This document shows, in pieces, positions 60,986-64,000 of a DNA stretch of 64,000 nucleotides. The notes under the pieces are model-generated. The model was not told the DNA's origin. It made no database searches and saw only the letters and a program-made list of their open reading frames with translations. Both the position numbers and the translations under genes were made by a program. This DNA comes from an uncultured Bacteroidales bacterium (GTDB taxonomy: Bacteria > Bacteroidota > Bacteroidia > Bacteroidales > UBA10428). The DNA lies in NCBI GenBank assembly GCA_963808745.1, contig CAWEGX010000019.1, positions 10,212 through 74,211 of the forward strand. Direction: 5' to 3'. Position 1 is the first letter of the stretch. Every line of letters begins with the position of its first letter.

Positions 60986-63481
60986 CTAACTGCGATAAAA
61001 CAATGTATTACCGGATTGGTTCATTATCAGAATGGGTATCCACTCATACTCAAATTGACGCCCATAAGACATTACGGGATAAATCAGTACTTTAATGTCC
61101 CGGCCATTTAGTTTTAGCCTTTTTTCATGAATGGTTCCGGGATCTATTTCCTTATCATTCGCGATCACTCTTTTCGAATTTTCAATATCAACCATAACTG
61201 TCCAGTCAGCCAGTGCTTGTTTGATGGAATACACTTTATGATCACCTTTCTGGTTTATAGTAAGGCTAAACGAATTGTTGCCTACCCTGACATTTTCAAT
61301 CGAGGCATCTTTCCAATCCAAAGGCATATTTGGTGAAATGAATATCGTTTTTTCATAAGCCTTTGGTTTTATACCGAAGAAATGGTTGATAACCGGAACA
61401 TCCACACCATATCCGTTCCATGCCTGTACCACCATTCCAAAGTCAGGAGATACTTCATACATAGACCCGGGTAAAGCGTAGCTGAAAGAGCGATGGAGCA
61501 TGGTAATATATCGTAATGCATCTTCCGGTGTGCCATAATTTGCAGCAGCAACTGCCTGCACGCCAGTTGGTATTGTCATTACTGCACCGATATAGGAAAA
61601 AGTTTTCTTTCTTGATTTCAACACCACACTATCCGGTTCCTCGGTCCTGTCAATTCCGGTTACATAAACACCGTAAGGGTTTTCATACTTTTTGGCAGTT
61701 TCAAGTGCTGCCTGACCCTTATCGAAATCTGCAACACCCGTTTCGAGGGGGGTGTTGACTACCCAGTTACGGTATATTACATGGGGAACCTGCTGACTGG
61801 CAGTGTATTTATCAAGCTGTTTTTCGGTCTCCTTTAATTCAGCTACAACCCATGGCTTTTTAAGTGTATCAGCTCGTATGATCGCACCTTTGAGTATCGC
61901 TTTTGCTTCTGCCACAGTTCCCCTGAAATCACCAAATGACCTGGCAGTTTTATTCCACCATTCTTTGTTGATCTTTGCTTTTAATTCATTGGCCATCTTT
62001 TGATAATCAGTTGCTAATTTATTCTCTCCCAGTGCCATGGCTAATTCCGCCGCTGAAGAAAATGCCTGTTGTGTATAAACAGCAACATCTATCATTTCTT
62101 TATCTAATCCGGGAATCTCCATCATTCCATGTCCATTAGGGTATCCGTTTCCATCGCTATCATTATCCAGTAACCATTTAATTCCCTTTTTAACTTCAGG
62201 AAATAGCTCCGTTATAAGTTCCTTATCTCCTGTCCATGCAAAATAATTTTTCAAAAGAGTTATAAAAAGAGCTGTTTCACTAAGGAGACCAGGATTATAG
62301 ACTGATCCGTTTGTAGAAACTTCATGAATTATTCGTCCATTACCATTCGTTTGTTTCGACACCTTTTCCAACAAAATAATTGTGCTTTTTGCAAGTTCAT
62401 GATCACCTGTTGCCAAAACACCCTGAAAAGAATAAACAGCATCTCCTCCAAACCACCATGGATAATCAGGCAAGCCTGCCGTCAGACCGGTGCCTATTTC
62501 CGGAACATTCCGAGTGAGCCAATCCGTATTGTACTTTAACCACTCATACATTTGCTCAATACCTTTATCAGGGATAGTCAGATGTGAGGTGGTATTTATT
62601 TTTTTATACCGTTCTATTTTCCGGTTCAGATGAGCTTTCCCTTCTGTCATTAATTCATTAAAAGTTGACCAAAGTGATGCTTCTGACTGATAGGAGCCTG
62701 CAATGAAAAAAGGAATTATCTTTTCCTGGTTTGGCTTTAACTTAAATGAAAATGATAATGTGCCGTTCTTACCCAACCCTTTTCGGGCAGCTGTTTGACA
62801 AGTACTGTCTTCTGCGGTATAATTATCTGCTTTGAATGATGATCCAAAGGCCACATACCAGGGATTGATACTATCTTTTGCAATTACTGCAGATAACTTG
62901 TCATTAAAGGAAATATTGTCAACAGCATCAATCATTTTCGTTCGCTCACCTAACCATGTAGGCCTCAGGTCTGTCATTCCTGTAAAGGAAAACACTATTT
63001 CCTTACTTTCCTTTCCCTGGTTAATGATTCTGAATTCTATGATGACTCCTTCAACTGCATCAGGAACAAACTGAAAACGTTCGATCACCAGGTCTTCTTT
63101 CTCCCATGTAAAATGATGACTATTCCCCATTGGATAGTTGATGAATTTATCAGCCTTGTTCAGGCAGTAAGAATCATTGCTGCCCTGTACATTGATTTTA
63201 GAGCTGAATCCGTCCATAAGTTTAATTGGATGATCCCAGATTCCACCCATCTCACCATCAATATGCCAACCCAGATCAGGAAAGGATCCATCCTGATAAC
63301 CAACCATATATACCCTGTCCCCGCATGTTACAAAAGGAGACGTCAGATACTGTGGTTTTCCTTCTATGAAGGTAAGCCCGGAAATTAGCTGATAAAAGTG
63401 GCTTCCAGTGTGTTTTTCCCGAGTTGAGCAAAAATCAAGAAGAAGAAAAAGGAACACCGATAATAGGGTTGTTTTCTTCAT
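60986..63481 (-). CDS. six-hairpin glycosidase, glycogen-debranching-enzyme-like (GDE_C-type)
   Basis: Start MKKTTLLSVFLFLLLDFCS (lipobox-like). GLPDYPWWFGGDAVYSFQGVLATGDHELAKS resembles the GDE_C motif. Confidence 0.5.
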   Translation of the reverse strand: MKKTTLLSVFLFLLLDFCSTREKHTGSHFYQLISGLTFIEGKPQYLTSPFVTCGDRVYMVGYQDGSFPDLGWHIDGEMGGIWDHPIKLMDGFSSKINVQGSNDSYCLNKADKFINYPMGNSHHFTWEKEDLVIERFQFVPDAVEGVIIEFRIINQGKESKEIVFSFTGMTDLRPTWLGERTKMIDAVDNISFNDKLSAVIAKDSINPWYVAFGSSFKADNYTAEDSTCQTAARKGLGKNGTLSFSFKLKPNQEKIIPFFIAGSYQSEASLWSTFNELMTEGKAHLNRKIERYKKINTTSHLTIPDKGIEQMYEWLKYNTDWLTRNVPEIGTGLTAGLPDYPWWFGGDAVYSFQGVLATGDHELAKSTIILLEKVSKQTNGNGRIIHEVSTNGSVYNPGLLSETALFITLLKNYFAWTGDKELITELFPEVKKGIKWLLDNDSDGNGYPNGHGMMEIPGLDKEMIDVAVYTQQAFSSAAELAMALGENKLATDYQKMANELKAKINKEWWNKTARSFGDFRGTVAEAKAILKGAIIRADTLKKPWVVAELKETEKQLDKYTASQQVPHVIYRNWVVNTPLETGVADFDKGQAALETAKKYENPYGVYVTGIDRTEEPDSVVLKSRKKTFSYIGAVMTIPTGVQAVAAANYGTPEDALRYITMLHRSFSYALPGSMYEVSPDFGMVVQAWNGYGVDVPVINHFFGIKPKAYEKTIFISPNMPLDWKDASIENVRVGNNSFSLTINQKGDHKVYSIKQALADWTVMVDIENSKRVIANDKEIDPGTIHEKRLKLNGRDIKVLIYPVMSYGRQFEYEWIPILIMNQSGNTLFYRS

Positions 63482-63627
63482 GATATTATATTTTCGGTTT
63501 TCATGATTTATCTTCCTGAATATGCCATCAACACTAAAAAAACTAAGCAATTAGTAAATATAAAACTTCTTAAATAAACAAACTAATTTCCATTCACTCA
63601 GATCATGATATCAGGATGCATAGTTGA

Positions 63628-64000
<373 letters not shown>

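Overview
The window looks like Bacteroidota chromosome. The evidence is several T9SS-type C-terminal sorting domains, lipoprotein signals and glycoside-hydrolase genes, probably from a draft or metagenome assembly. I found no rRNA, tRNA, CRISPR array, transposase or integrase by eye.

Layout:
- 0-7 kb: glycoside hydrolases, including a broken GH106-like gene.
- 7-11 kb: small secreted proteins, a RibD_C-type reductase and a fragmented beta-lactamase-family gene.
- 11.4-14.6 kb: two paralogous genes for small secreted repeat proteins, flanking a DUF4956 gene and a CotH-like gene.
- 14.7-18.2 kb: a histidine kinase plus a REC-HK-REC-AraC hybrid regulator.
- 18.2-23.9 kb: an AT-rich segment carrying a large C10 cysteine peptidase with six 318-bp tandem PPC repeats and a T9SS sorting domain.
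- 24-34 kb: housekeeping-type genes, decayed T9SS cargo genes, a DUF2961/GH172 gene and a cation:proton antiporter.
- 34.4-53.9 kb: the most interesting region (below).
- 54-64 kb: an ABC/FtsX/UPF0718 transporter operon, an internally deleted IorB-like remnant, a six-hairpin glycosidase and a partial aldo/keto reductase.

The 34.4-53.9 kb region is a tightly packed, single-strand cluster of about 16 genes. Seven paralogous exported or membrane-anchored PQQ-like beta-propellers and one NHL propeller are interleaved with:
- a Tat-exported poly-[4Fe-4S] protein and a NapH-like membrane Fe-S protein;
- a NuoE-NuoF fusion;
- a chimeric NuoG/GltD-like Fe-S flavoprotein;
- a G3E (CobW-type) GTPase;
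- a GT4 glycosyltransferase.

The cluster has no recognisable known terminal enzyme. I read it as a candidate uncharacterised trans-envelope redox system.

Caveat: by my count roughly a dozen genes in the window show frame changes, several at short homopolymers. Sequencing error versus true pseudogenisation cannot be decided from this sequence alone.
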